DNA of 64,000 nt from the human T2T-CHM13v2.0 reference genome, Homo sapiens. The notes below the pieces were generated by a model, which searched no databases, had not been told where the DNA came from, and saw nothing but the letters and a program-made list of their open reading frames with translations. The stretch is from NCBI RefSeq assembly GCF_009914755.1, contig NC_060925.1, one strand, 5' to 3'. A program made the translations under genes and the position numbers. Positions 26,301-40,413 of this stretch are shown here, piece after piece (position 1 is the stretch's first letter; the number at the start of each line of letters is the position of its first letter).

Positions 26301-28192
26301 AGATATATCCTCTGGGAGACAAACTTTTATGTAGCAGGATGGCTATATTGTAAACATTTAAGACTTGTCTGAAACTCTCTACAACGTCCATATTCACATT
26401 GTCACACTGTCCTTTAATACAGCTCTTTTGGATTTTTAAATATAGTAGATTCCTAGGATTAAAGCAATTAAAATGGGAGCAACCACTTGTAGGAATCTAG
26501 TCCAATCCTCTTATTTTATAGCTAAGGAAAGTAAGACTCAGCACCATAAACGTATTGAAGATTGGCTCAAGGATCAGGTTGTTTTCTGATTTCCAATATT
26601 GTGTACTTATTCTAGTATAATTACTAGCAATTGATTTTTACTCAGTAAGACATTAGGCCCAGGGTCCCAGACCAGATAAAAAAAATAAATGATCAAAATA
26701 GCTTGAACCATTTTGGCCTAAATATTTCTGGTTTAGAGAAAAATATGGTATCAATGGATTTTATGAGGCCTGAGATGCAATATTTGAATGTCCTCATGAT
26801 CACTGATTCACTCACTTTTAGATTTTGAATGTCATTTTAATGGCTTTTAAAGATGATCATATTATTTTGGTCCAGTTGGATCATTAAGGCATTTTTTTCT
26901 AAAGTAAACCACATAAAATCACTAAAATGGAATAAATCTAAGTTACAAGGAGGACTAAGACACAACCATGAATGAGTAAATCTAAATTCTATGATTAATG
27001 ACTTTGAGGACCTTGTACTTGACTTCTGTAACAGCATTTAACAAATCCTTTCATCAGAATCATTTCTCATGCTGTACTTTAAATGAAGTTCTTTGTCTGG
27101 TCTAGAGCAAGCTGGAGAAGAGCTGGCAAAGAGCCTTTGGTCACATATTTCAAATTCGTTAAGCATCTTTAATCTTCCCCTTGTAGATAAAATCTCTTCA
27201 ACCAAATCTCCTAACTTGGTTCAGATAGTTCATAGTTCATAGTTTCTGAATCCCCAGTGTGCTCTGCTTTCTAACCCTGCCTTGCAGTTTCTTCTATACC
27301 TTTCATTAAATCCATGATGAAATTTAAAACACACAAGCAGAATGATGTAGGCTATAAGCATTAAGGAAGTTAAGGAAGTTGATTCGCCATTTGTGTTTTC
27401 ATACTGTTTCTTTGCATTCCTACATCTACATAGATAGATGTTTTATCTTTCACTATATTATTTACTTATCTCTATCTTGATACACTTTGAATAAATAACT
27501 AGCCTCCACCCACCAATTTTAGTTGATTTCTTGTTAAATTAAAATTAAAATGGCATACATGCACATTTATGTACACACACACACACTCATACATAACACA
27601 TACACACAAAATCTTCTGATCGCTGATCACCTTCGATACTTACTCTATTCATACCTATACGTCACAATTTTTGTACTATACCCTTTAAGACATACATTCT
27701 TGGTCCCGATGTGTGTTCTGGAAAGACGTTTTGAATTTGCTATTTTTCACTGGCTTTATAAACAACAGGTTGAGAATAGTGACATTGGAGTAGTTAAGCT
27801 CTAATATGGTGGAAATGAGTAGTTCTTACAGACTGAATAGGGGAAAATAGCAGAGGACAAAGAGAATTTTATTCAGATTTTTAAAAAAATAAGTTCTAGA
27901 ATTTAAAAAAGAAATCAAATATGTTAAAAATAGAAGAGCAAATTGGAGAAAGACTAAAAAAGAATAAGAAGGAAATGCAAATTTAAAGAAGTGCAAGTCT
28001 GTTAGGCAAAATGTAAGAATATTGGGAAAAAATAAGTTAAGCAGACTGATTATTTTGGCAGCACAAAATAAAATATCAGTATCTATCTATATATCCATAT
28101 ATATAAAAGAGAGGAAAGAACAAACCACAAGTCTGAAATATTATTATACTAAGAAATAATAAAGTATCATCATTGCTGCTATTTCCCTTATC

Positions 28193-28217
28193 TTTGGTCA
28201 TATTAAATATGACCAAA
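28193..28217. repeat. 25-bp palindrome (12-bp arms, 1-nt spacer)
   Basis: tttggtcatatt-a-aatatgaccaaa. Confidence 0.95.
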
Positions 28218-28382
28218 ATAATTTTCTACAAATTGAACCTGATATTATTGTATTACTCAAGTTAATGTATAATGCATTCTACACTTTTCTCCACTTTTAC
28301 AAAATACTTATATTGCATTATTGCTCAGTCAGTTTATTGGATAATGTTGATCACTGTAGACATCTTTAAAAGTGCAGGACAT

Positions 28383-31300
28383 GGGGAAGGGGGAACAAGA
28401 TGGCTGATGAGATGCAGCCAGGAGGCACTGCTCCCACTCAGAGAGACCAAATTATCAAGTAAACCACCATAATTCGGGAATGTCTTCAGAAAGAAAATGC
28501 CGAACTCAATGAAGAGGTGATGCTGAAGCTGAGACTGAACAGGGAGGAAGCTGGGAACCCCATGCAGGGTACCTGAATGCTAGAGCTAGCTCCTGATCCT
28601 GAATGGTTCCTGGGAAAGAAGTGAATGAAGGATGACTCACACTTGTCATGAACCTCTGGGATCCTTGCTACAGGGGACCCCACATCCCCCATGGACTTAT
28701 GAATTGTCTGGAGGATCTTCCTAGGGAGCAGGCAGAGACAAGCCTTCAGACAGCATGGAGCCTGGGAGCGTTTGTTCACTGGGCAGCTCCAGCAGAGAGC
28801 AGCCATAGATGGCCACGCCCCAGGGATCTCTATGCACCTCCGGGAGGCACTGGCCTTAGCTGACCTCTGAGCTAAGAGAGAGCAGGGCTGGTTTCCCTGT
28901 GGGACTAGAGCACGTGTATTCCATAAGCCCTCCTGCCCACTGGCCTCTCCTGCCCACTGGCCCCCATAGGGTCCATGCCTAACTGTTCTGCAGAAAAAAG
29001 TTCACAGTGAGGCCTCTGCAGTCCAGTCTGAGTGCATTGTTCCACAAGAATACTTTCCTGGTAACCCAAGAGCACATCAGATCCCTCAGCACAACTAGAA
29101 CCCAACTCTGAGCCATGGGATACCCCCAGGGATGCAGCACACAGCTGGGGAGAATGAGCCAAGCTCTGTAGCCTGCACCTGAGCAGGGAAGGAGCCCCCA
29201 TCTTAAAAGCACTGCAACAGGTGAGATGCACAGGTTCTTGGGCCAGGGTGGAAGTGGGGTGAGCTTCCTTCTGAAGGACCATTCCAGAAAGGCTGTGGCA
29301 TATCTCCCTGCTGTAGCCTTTCCTTAAGGGAGCCCCACGGCCCAGAGCACCTAACAAAAGAAATGTGGACATGGTGCCATTGATTGAAAGGGGCTCCCCA
29401 GTGGGCCATGAGCAGACCTGGTGAGGGAGTAGTGTATCTCCCCTCAACCACAGAGCATGTCTGCAAACTGAGTGAAGTACATAAAGTGGTACAGTTTGGT
29501 ATTAGCCTACCTATAAGCCATTACTCTTAAGCACCATCTACTGCATCACAGCCCAAACTACAACAACAAAAATTATCCTGCTAATAACATATATGCCTGT
29601 GAAAACAAGCACAACAATTCACCCATACATAAAGATCCTATGCAGAGCCCTGACCCTCAGAAAGCATCCAGAAATGAAGCCAAGTGACTATACTCAACTT
29701 ATATCATAGTTAAATGAACACCAACCCTCCAAAATGAGAAAGAATCAGCACAATAATTCTGCTAATTCATAAGGCCAGTATGTCCGCTTACCTCCAAACG
29801 AGTCCACTAGCTCCCCAACAATGGTTCTTAACCAGCCTGAAATGACAGACATAGAATTCAGAATCTGGATGGCAAGGACACTCATCAAGTTTCAGGAGAA
29901 TACTGAAATCCAATCCAGTGAATTCAAGGAATCCAGTAAAATAATCCCAGAGCAACAGTCATTCTAAGAAAAAAAAAAAAACAAAACTGAAATTCTAGAA
30001 AAATTCACTACAAGAATTTCATAATACAATTAGATGTATTAAGAACAGAAAAGACTAAGCTGAGGAAAGAATCTCAGAGCTTGAAGGCTGGTTCTTTAAG
30101 TTAACTCAGACCAAAAAAAAAAGATAAGAAAAAGAAGTTTTAAGGAATGAACAAAACCTCCAAGAAATATGGGATTATATAAAGAGACAAAATCTATGAC
30201 TCCTTTCTATTCCTGAGAGAGAATAAGCAATTTGGGAAATATATTTGAGGATATAGTCCATTAAAAGTTTCCTAATCTCACTAGAGAGGTTGGCATGCAA
30301 ATAAATATAGAAAACCCCAGCTAGATACAATGTAAGACTACCATCCCCAAGGAACATAGTCATTAGATTCATCAAGATCAACACAAATGAAAAAATCTTA
30401 AAGTCAACCAGAGAGAAGGTCAAATCACATCCAGAGGGAACTTTATGAGGTTAGCAGCAAACTTCTCAGCAGAAACCTTATAAACCAGAAGAGATTGAGG
30501 GCCTATTTTCAGCATTGTTAGAAAAAAAAATTCCAATCAAAAATTTCATATCCTACCAAACCAAGCTTCATAAGTGAAGGAGAAATAAAATCCTTTTCAG
30601 ATAAGCAAACACTGAGGGAATTTGTTTCAAAGAAACCAGACTTACAACAGGTCCTTAGAGAGTGCTAAACATGGAATGAAAAAAACACCTGCTACCACAA
30701 AACACACCTAAGCAGATAGCCCACAGGCACTTTAAAGCAACTGCACAACCAGCTAACAGGATCAAAAATCACACATATCAATGCTAACCTTGAATTAAGT
30801 GGGGTCAAACACTCCATTTAAAAGACATAAAGTGGCAAGCTGAATGGAAAGACAAGACCCAACCATCTGTTGTCTTCAAGAGACCCATCTCATATATAAT
30901 GACACTCATTGGCTCAAAGGGTTGAGAAAGATCTACCATGCAAACAGAAAAGAAAAAAGAGAAGAAGTCACTATTTTTATATAAGAAAAAATAGACTTTA
31001 AGCCAATAAAAATGTAGAAGGACCATGAAGGACATTACACAATGATAAAGGGTATAATTCAACAAGACTTAACCATTCTAAATATATATGCACCCAACAC
31101 TGGAGGACTCAGACTCATAAAATAAGTTCTTGTCCTGTGAAAAGACTTAGACAACCACATAATAATAGTAGGAGAATTCAATAACCCACTGACAGCATTA
31201 CATAATCAAGGTAGAAAACTAACAAAGAAACTATGGATTTAAACATGACACTTGACCAACTGGACAAAATAGGCATCTACAGAACATGTCACCCAACAAC

Positions 31301-34300
31301 CACAGAATATACATTATTCTCATCTGCACACAGAATGTATTCTAAGATTGACAACATGCTTCATCATATTGAGCAAGTCTCAATAAATTTAAAAAAATGA
31401 AGTCACACCAAGCAAACCCTCAGACCACAGTGCAATATAAATAGAAATCAATATCAAGATCTCTCAAAACAACACAAATATATAGAGATTAAACAACATG
31501 CTCCTGAATAACTTCTGGGTGAACATCAAAGTTAAAGCAGAAATTTTTAAAATCTTTGAAATTAAAGAAAACAGGGACACAATTTACCAAAATCTCTGGA
31601 ATGCAGTTAATGCAGTATTAAGAGGAGCATTTATTGCCCTAAACATCTTCATAAAGAAGTTAGAAAGATCTCAAATTAACAATCAAATGTTGAACCTAAT
31701 GGATCTGGGAAAAAAAAATAAAACCAATCCTAAAGCTAGCAGAAGAAAAGAAATAACTATAATTAGAGAAGAACTTAACAAAATTAAGTACAAATATTAA
31801 TGCAGAAGATCAATGAAACCAAGAACTGGTTCTTCAAAGCAAATAAACAAGATTAATAGACTGCTAGCCAGATTAACAGAGAAAAAAGGAGGATTCAAAT
31901 AAGTAAAATCAGAAATGACAAAGATGACATTACAATTGTTCCTAAAGAAATACAAAAGATTCCCTAGACAATAGTATAAACAACTCTATGCGCACAAATT
32001 AGAAAATCTAGAGGAAATGGATAAATTCCTAGAAAAAACACAATCTTCCAAGATTGAATCAGGAAGATATTGAAAATATGAATAAACCAATAACAAGCTC
32101 TAAAAATGAATCAGTAATAAAAACCCAGCAACCAAAAAAAGCCCTAGACCAGACGGATTCATAGCCGAATTCCACTAGACATATAAAGAAGAACTGGTAC
32201 TGATCCTACTGAAACTATTCCAAAAAATTGAGGAGGAGGCACTTCTTCCTAATTTATTCTAGGAAGACAGCATTACCCTAACACCAAAATCTGGCAGAGA
32301 CATGACCAAAAAAAAAAAAAAAAAAAAAAAATCAGGCCAATATCCCTGATGAACATAGATGCAAATATCCTCATCAAAATACTAGCAAACCAAATCTAGC
32401 AGCACATCAAAAAGATAATTCACCCCAATTAAGTAAGCTTTATTCCTGGGATGCAAGGTTGGTTCAACATATGCAAATCAGTAAGTGTGATTCACCACAT
32501 AAACACAACTAAGAGAAAAAAACCATATGATCATCTCAATAGATACAGAAAAAGTTTTTGATAAAATCCAACATCCCTTTAAGAGACTAGGCATCAAAGC
32601 AACATACTTCAAAATAATAAGAGCCACAAGTGACAAACCCACAGCCAGTATAAATACTGAACGGGCAAAAGCTAGGACCATTATCCTTGAGAACCTGAAC
32701 AACACAAGAGGACCACTCTCACCTCTCCTATTCAACATACTACTGGAATTCCTAGACAGAGTAATCAGGCAAGAGAAAGAAAGAAAAGGCATCCAAATAG
32801 AAAGACAGGAAATCAAACTATCTCTTTGCTGACAATATTATTCCATATTTCAAAAACTCTAAAGACTCCATCAAAAGGCTACTAGGGCAATAAATGATTT
32901 TAAAAAGGATCAAGATGCAAAAGCAGTGTATAAATGTCAGTAGCATTTCTATACACCAATAATGTCCAGGCTGTTAGTCAAATCAAGAACCCAATTCCAT
33001 TTATAGTAGCCACAAGAAAAAATATAAAATACTCAGGAATACAGATAACTAAGGAGGTGAAAGATGTCTACAAGGAGACTACAAAACATTGCTGAAAGAA
33101 ATCAGAGACAACACAAATAAATGGAAAACATTCCATGCTCATCGAAAGGGAAAATCAATTGTTAAAATAGCCATACTGCCCAAAACAATTTATAGATTCA
33201 ACACTATTGATATAAAACTACCAATGTCATTATTCACAGAATTATAGGAAACTATTCTGAAATTTGTATGGAACTAAAAAAAAAATCCCAAATAGCCAAA
33301 GTAATCCTTATCAAAAAAGAACAAACCCAGCAGCATCATTCTCTGACTTAAAACTATACTTTCAAGGATACAGTAACCAAAACAGCATGGTAGTGGTACA
33401 AAAATATACACACAGACCACAGAACAGAATAGAAAACTCATTAATAATAAATAAAGCCGCGCACCTACAACCGTTACAAAGGCTGACAAAAACAAGCAAT
33501 GGAGAAAGGACTTCCTGTTCAATAAATGGTGCTTGGATAACTGGCTAGCCATATGCACAACAATGAAACTCTACCTTTACCTTTCACCGTATACCAAAAT
33601 TAATGCAAGATGAAATAAAGATTTAAGTATAAGACCTCAAACTATAAAACCCCTAGAAGAAAACCTAGGAAATACCCTTTTCAACATCAGCCTTGGCAAA
33701 GGATTTTTGGCTAAGTCCCCAAAAGCAATTGCAACTAAGACAAAAATTGACAAGTGAACATAATTAAATGAAATAGCTTCTCTACAGCAAAGAAACCATC
33801 AACAGAGTAAACAGACAACCTACAGAATGGGGGAAAATTTAAAAAAAAAGAATGGGGGAAAATATCTACAAACTGTGCATCCAACAAAGGTCTAATATCC
33901 AGAATCTATAAGGAACTTAAACACATCAACAAGCAAAAAACGACCTGATTTTTAAAATGGGAAAAGATCATGAACAGACACTTCTCAAAAAAAACACATA
34001 CGAGTGGCCAACAAATAGGAAAAAATGCTCATGATCATCAGAGAAATACGAATCAAAATCACAATTAAATAAATATCAACTCACACCAGTCAGAATGGCT
34101 ATTATCAGAAAGTCAAAAAACAACATATACTGACAAGGCTGTGGAGAAAAGGGAACACTCTGACCCAGCAATACCATCTCTGGGTATATAGGTCATTAAA
34201 CCCAAAAGATCTTCATCATGGCACTATTCACAATAGCAAAGACAACAAACTCAAACTAGGTGCCCATCAATAGTGGACTGGATTAAAAAATATACATACA

Positions 34301-34650
34301 CACTATGGAATATTGCATAGCAATAAAAAGGAAAGAAATCATGCCCTTTGCAGCAACATGGATGGACCTGCAAGCCATAATCCTAAGTGAATTAATGCAG
34401 GAACAGAAAATCAATGTTCTCACATTGTTAGTGGGAGCTAAACATTAAGGCCACAGGAACATACACATGGGAACAATTGACACTGCAGACTACTAGGGGG
34501 AGAAGTAGGGAGGCGGCATGGGAGGAAAAGCTACCTATCAGGTGTTATGCTCATTACCTGGGTGCAGTATACCCATGTAACAAATCTGCATATGCGTATT
34601 TAATCTAAAATAAAAGTTGAAATTGTTAAAAAAGAGAGGAAAAAAAAAAC
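28383..34650 (+). mobile_element. Full-length old LINE-1 (L1PA15-17 type), about 6.27 kb, inactive
   Basis: 5' ggggaagggggaacaagatggc, GC-rich 5'UTR, fragmented ORF1/ORF2 ([37 protein letters not shown]), 3' end ...ctaaaataaaagttgaaatt plus A-tail; decayed TSD aagtgcaggacat (28370-28382) / aagtacataacat (34651-34663). Confidence 0.93.
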
Positions 34651-35198
34651 AAGTACATAACATTTCAGAACTCTGGATTACCATATAACAACTATTAGGA
34701 TTAAACAAAGATCACATTCAAAAGAACACCCAGAATACTTATCAAAAGAGATATATCAAATTGTTTTTAAATCGCTTCTTTAGCTTGCCCTACGAACACC
34801 TTATTCTCTGTGAAAAGTATTTTAAGTGTTTAATACTTGAGATGTGTAAAAGTATATAAATTAACTTTTCCATTCCATTTATTTGATCAATTGGCTCTTT
34901 TCTTGGAATCTGAATGACAATGATGATAATGAAGAGATTATCTGAAATAGTCACTTCCTTTCTAAAGTTGAGGCTGAACTAGTCTTGAAACTTGTCCACT
35001 GGACTAAAATTTTAAGTTTTGACTAAGTTTTTATTTTCAATTTTTATTTATTATAATCTAATTTTAGAAAAGAATTTGCAAATGGACTATCCTACCTATT
35101 TGCTCTCATTTGCAGAAAATATTGATCTCTGTTTCCCTGCCAACCCATGGTTATTTTACAAGTATTTAATAGGAAAGTTGATTTTAAATCAAACAAAA

Positions 35199-35510
35199 TG
35201 CCAGGCATGGTGGCTCATGCCTGTAATCCCAGCATTTTGGGGGGCTGAGGCAGGTGAATCACGAGCTCAGAAGTTGAAGACGAGCCTGGCCAAGAGGGTG
35301 AAACCCCGTCTCTACTAAAAATACAAAAAATTAGCCATGTGTGTTGGCAGGCACCTGTAATCCCAGCATTTTGGGAGGCTGAGACAGAGAATTGCTTGAA
35401 CTCGGGAGGTGGAGGTTACAGTGAACTGAGATCGCGCCACTGCACTCCAGCCTGGGCGACACAGCAATCTCAAGAAAACAAAAACAAAAACAAACAAACA
35501 AACAAAAAAC
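35199..35510 (+). mobile_element. AluS (AluSg-family-like) with (CAAA)n tail
   Basis: Dimeric Alu with aatcacgagctcagaagttg and gacagagaattgc; tail aaaacaaaaacaaacaaac. Confidence 0.92.
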
Positions 35511-35734
35511 ACTGCATAAGATTCCTATTATTTGAGTTGATTGATTTTAACTTATGCAGCAGAGCAGCTTAGTAGAAGGTACAGTCTTTACCTACCCAGA
35601 AGACTGTAGTTGGTATCCAAACTCAGCCACTTATCACCTCTCAGAAGTTAGAGAACTTTATGAACATCACTGAAGATCTGTCTTTTAAGTTTTGAAAATG
35701 AAGTTAAAGTACTAAATATAAAATAATTTGGCTG

Positions 35735-35920
35735 ATTAGCTGAGCATGGTGGCACATGCCTGTGGTCCCAGCTATGTAGGAGGCTGAGGCAGGAGGATTG
35801 CCTCAGCTGAAGAGTTTGAGGTTACAGTAAGCTATGATTGCACCATTGCATTCCAGCCTAGACATCAGAGTGAGACCCTGTCTCTAAATAATAATAATAA
35901 TAATTAAAATACATAAAATA
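35735..35920 (+). mobile_element. Alu right monomer (FRAM/AluJ) with (TAA)n tail
   Basis: attagctgagcatggtggcac...gagaccctgtctctaaataataataat. Confidence 0.88.
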
Positions 35921-35921
35921 A

Positions 35922-36214
35922 GGCCAGCACAGTGGTTTATGCCTGTAATCCTAGCACTTTGGGAGGCTGAGGTGGGAGGATCACTTGAGGGCAGGAGTCT
36001 GAGACCAGTATGGGCAACATAGTAAGACCTCATTTCTACAAAAAAAAAAAAAAAAAAAAAATTAATTAGCCCAGTGTGGTATTAGGCACCTGTAGTCCTA
36101 GGTACTCAGGAAGATGAGGTGACAGGATCCTTTGAGCCCAGGAGTTTGATCTACAGTGTGTTATGATCACACTGCCGTACTCCAGCCTGGGTGACAGAGC
36201 AAGACCCAGTCAAA
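35922..36214 (+). mobile_element. AluJ with the middle A-linker expanded to about A22
   Basis: gggaggatcacttgag...ggcaacatagtaagacc, an A-run at 36040-36061, then the right arm. Confidence 0.92.
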
Positions 36215-38339
36215 TATATTTATATCTCCAGTTAAATAAGAACATCTATGCAATTTATCTGGTAGTTCTAAAAGATCAATAAACAATTGCCACTATAAGT
36301 AAAAACACATTTTTATAGCAGCATATAGTAGCATAAGTATACACATTTGTTTCTTTTAACTCACTTGTCTTACTAACATTTATTAAAAACTTTTATTTTT
36401 GCAATGTTATATTATTAAAGTCCTAAATCTGTCTCTCTTTTACATTTAGTTAGGGTTTGCATGCTATTCCATGATTGAGTTACATTTTGAATGGGGCAAA
36501 CTCTTCACGTAATTTTAGCATATTAATTCCATAAATTGTTAACATTTGTAAAAAAGGTATTTTAAATTAAAATGTCATTTCAAATAAGACCCTTTCTATT
36601 CCAAACATTGTACAGCATTTGTTCATAATGTTTCCATTTATTGTAAATAACCTTTTAGGTTCCAGTGAGATATGAACAAATCTTTATCTACTGGTAGAGA
36701 TAGAAAATATAATTTTGCTTTTGAGAGGAGATACACCATGTGGTCTGAGACTGTAGTAACTAATTTTGAGTCTACTACATCCCAGAATACACAAATAAAT
36801 ACACTGTAAGTAGATTTCTATCAATAAGTCAACAGATATGATTCTAACTGATGAGGTCCAGTATAAATCATAAATATCTCTTAGGCATTTTAATGTAAAT
36901 TGTGCTTATGCTGCTGTTATTGCTTTTGGTGATGATGATCATGATGCTACTTCAAATTTTCCAGTTTGTTAAGCTACAGGGGCAAAAAGAAATACATAAT
37001 GAGTTTTCTCTAAATAGATTGCCATACTAAATTCAATTTTCATTTGTTAGCCAAAGCATTCAAAATTACATTTTTGGTAACATAAGATGAGAGCACTGAG
37101 CTACAAGGAATTCTGTACTTAGAGACATATACTGTAAGAAAGAGTGCCATTGCAGGTACGTCATTAGAAAATAAAATTGATGGATCATCTGCAGGGATGA
37201 AGTGAACACTAATGTAAAGTCCTGGAAATCTACTGACATCATTGAAATATGCCACCATAGAGACAAGCACTGAAATAGTATGCTTGGACCAAATCATGCC
37301 AGTATTTCTGGTTTATATAGGCCGATAAATGATTTTCAGAGGAGAAAAAGAAAAGGATTTGAAAAAGACATTTTGTTTGTTGCCAAAATATTTAAAGATG
37401 AATTGCACAAAGATTGGAACCTAATTTTCAGAAGACCAAATTATAGCATGTGGAGCATTTCCTGAATGCTCAATTCAACCCTTGATAATAACATTAGAAA
37501 AGTTTACATCATTCCTAGGATAAGATTAGTCCTCACTAGAGAAACATGTGAATGACAGACTACGCTCTAGTTCATCATTTGGCCAACTGCTGATTCACCA
37601 ACTGTCACTCCAGCCAGTTCACATGGAGTCTGATGAATGTGCCTTGAGTTATCACAACAGGAACAGCAAGAACAGGCAAGAGCAAAAAACTGAGTCTTTC
37701 ATAATGGCATCCATTATGAAAATCATTTGATCATTTTAGATAATAGGCATTGAAATAATTTGGGTAACATATATTTAGCCATTCATTATTTTTAATGACA
37801 TTTCAATCAATGTTCAATGAGAAAACAGTATAAAAGGAGATTGAGCTCACCACACTTAAATTATTCAGCTCAGTGTCTGGTGAATAGCCTATCTTTTTCA
37901 GTCAGTTTTCCTACAGAGTTGTCCCCAGAAAGCCTACTCATGTCTAAAAGGATCTTGAAGGTTACTTTTAATTTCCACTGTTGATGAAACTACTTTTGGC
38001 AATCAAAGCCTTCCTACAGACAAAAACCCAAAGGCACTCTTGAAGATACAAAAATACTTCATGGCAGTAACTATAAACACTACTGAGCATTTGTATATTT
38101 GTGGAGGAATGAGATAATGTGAAAAAGTTAGGTTGGCCTTTGCATACATATGCCTAAGTTAATATTTGCCAAAATTATCTTTATCTATGCAGAAAAATGT
38201 ATTGTACAGACTTATTATATTTAGAGTGTATTATTAAGTGGTTTGATTATTTTGGGGATATCAAAAATGCACATACAAATAAATTTTAAACACTGTATTC
38301 AAATTTCATAGTGTAGTTTCTGCAATATTTACACCAATA

Positions 38340-38466
38340 AATATATGTGCATATATGTACATATATGCACATATATGTATATATAACATTAAATACATGT
38401 GCATATATGTACATATATGTAAATATATGTGTATATATAATATTAAATATATGTACATACATATGT
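38340..38466. repeat. Degenerate (TA/CA/TG)n simple repeat
   Basis: Alternating purine-pyrimidine tract with an internal duplicated unit (atgtgcatatatgtacatatatg twice). Confidence 0.9.
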
Positions 38467-38983
38467 CAATGGGAAAATGCCCAAATATGTATATTTTAGC
38501 TAGATTTCTTCAAAGACTTTATAAATATTCTATAGTTGTATTGTGCAAAATGCTTACACAAATAATTAACTCCTTTTTTAAAGGATGAAAATTAGGAATT
38601 TAAATGCTCCTGTTAAAAAAATGCAGTAGCATCTTATTTTTGAGCTTTGCTTAGAATGCATTCTCTATCCTTGTCACAAGCTTGGTTACTTGTTGCCTCC
38701 TAGATATTAAAATTCAATGAAATATTGTTTAGACATCTCATCATCTAATATTAGAAACATCATCAAGGAATTTTAGTCTTGTATGATTTGTAATAAAAAA
38801 TACTTTGTAATAATAAAATTAAAGTTTATAACCTAATAATTTTGTAACTTTTAGAGCTTTAAAAATCAATTTTTCTTTCAAAGACAAAATGATTAGGATG
38901 GACAAGTTGACTATGTTGTTAATATCAGGAAGGAAAACACCCCAGAGAGCTTCAATTAACCAATTTACAATTAATCATATAGG

Positions 38984-39030
38984 AGTGTGTGTGTGTGTGT
39001 GTGTGTGCGTGTGCACGTGCGCGTGTGTGT
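38984..39030. repeat. (GT)n/(GC) microsatellite
   Basis: gtgtgt...gcgtgtgcacgtgcgcgtgtgtgt, an uninterrupted alternating purine-pyrimidine run. Confidence 0.93.
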
Positions 39031-39143
39031 ATCCAGTGGTTAATCAGAGATGGCAAGATCAGGTTAGCTACACATTGGCTGGTTGCATATCTCTGGTGTC
39101 ACTCAATCCCAGAAAGTGTCTCACATCATAAGAAAGCATTTAC

Positions 39144-39522
<379 letters not shown>

Positions 39523-40039
39523 TCAAGGCGGGTGGGGAGCAACCCCTGTGTTTCTCATGTCTTACTGAATTAACTTCCTGTTAGTTTTTTGTTTCACACC
39601 ATGAAATTATTTGTTGAGTGCCTACAATCTGTAGAATACTATGCTGGGTGCTAGAGCCTGTGCTGCATTGCATCCTCTACCACTTAGTACAGTATCTAGC
39701 ACATGACTCAAAAGGTATTTAAAAAGTGTAAATGAATAAGTGATAAAACAAGAAGTTTGACCGAAGGAATAGACACATTCTTTAAATTGTGAATTATCTA
39801 ATTATGTGTCCTGATATCTAGATTTGGAAAATGATTGTTCTGGAACTGATGGTAATAAATGACTTGGACTTCAAAAGAGCCTGAAGAGAGCTGCATACAT
39901 CTTTTGCAGTCCTTGTCTGCATGCCACAGGGAGAAAGGCTGTGCTTTATGTGGAAATCTCAATTTCTTATATATCAGAATGTTCTTTTGCTAAGGCGGGG
40001 CAGAGACCCAAACTACCGGGATCATGACAACCATTAGTT

Positions 40040-40413
40040 CTTTCTGAATTTCTGTACTAGTTAAGCATCTTGATTTAACACAATAAAGATCTATTTCTTG
40101 CTCCTCTCAGAGTCCAGTGAAGGTAACTGGGGTAAAAGGCTCTCTGTGCACTGCTAGCCCAGGCTTCTTTCATATGTCTCTCTCCTAAAGCCTCAAAGTT
40201 CTCAGTGGAATCCTCTGCACCTGGCTGAGTAAATGATCAAAGAAAGAGAGTATGAAACGCAGCATGAGTGGGTCTAAAAGTCAGGTCTGGAAATGGGGAA
40301 CATCATTTCTACTCATACTCCATTGGCTCACTTACCTGCAAAGACTCTGAGAAATGAGTCCTGCAGTGTGCCCAGGAAGAAGAGAAACACTGGTGAGCAC
40401 ATTCTCTGCTGCA
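40040..40413 (-). mobile_element. Old MaLR LTR (MLT1J/K-like)
   Basis: ttaacacaataaagatctatttcttgctc...catttctactcatactccattggc...gtgtgcccaggaagaagaga. Confidence 0.7.

Noticed and set aside
28486-29466. Cluster of 70-180 aa ORFs on both strands
   Set aside because: All lie in the GC-rich 5'UTR of the old L1, where stop codons are sparse.
37040-37320. 85-aa minus-strand ORF with a TATATAAA just upstream
   Set aside because: No recognisable homology; the TATA-like motif is too close to the ATG and is common in AT-rich DNA.
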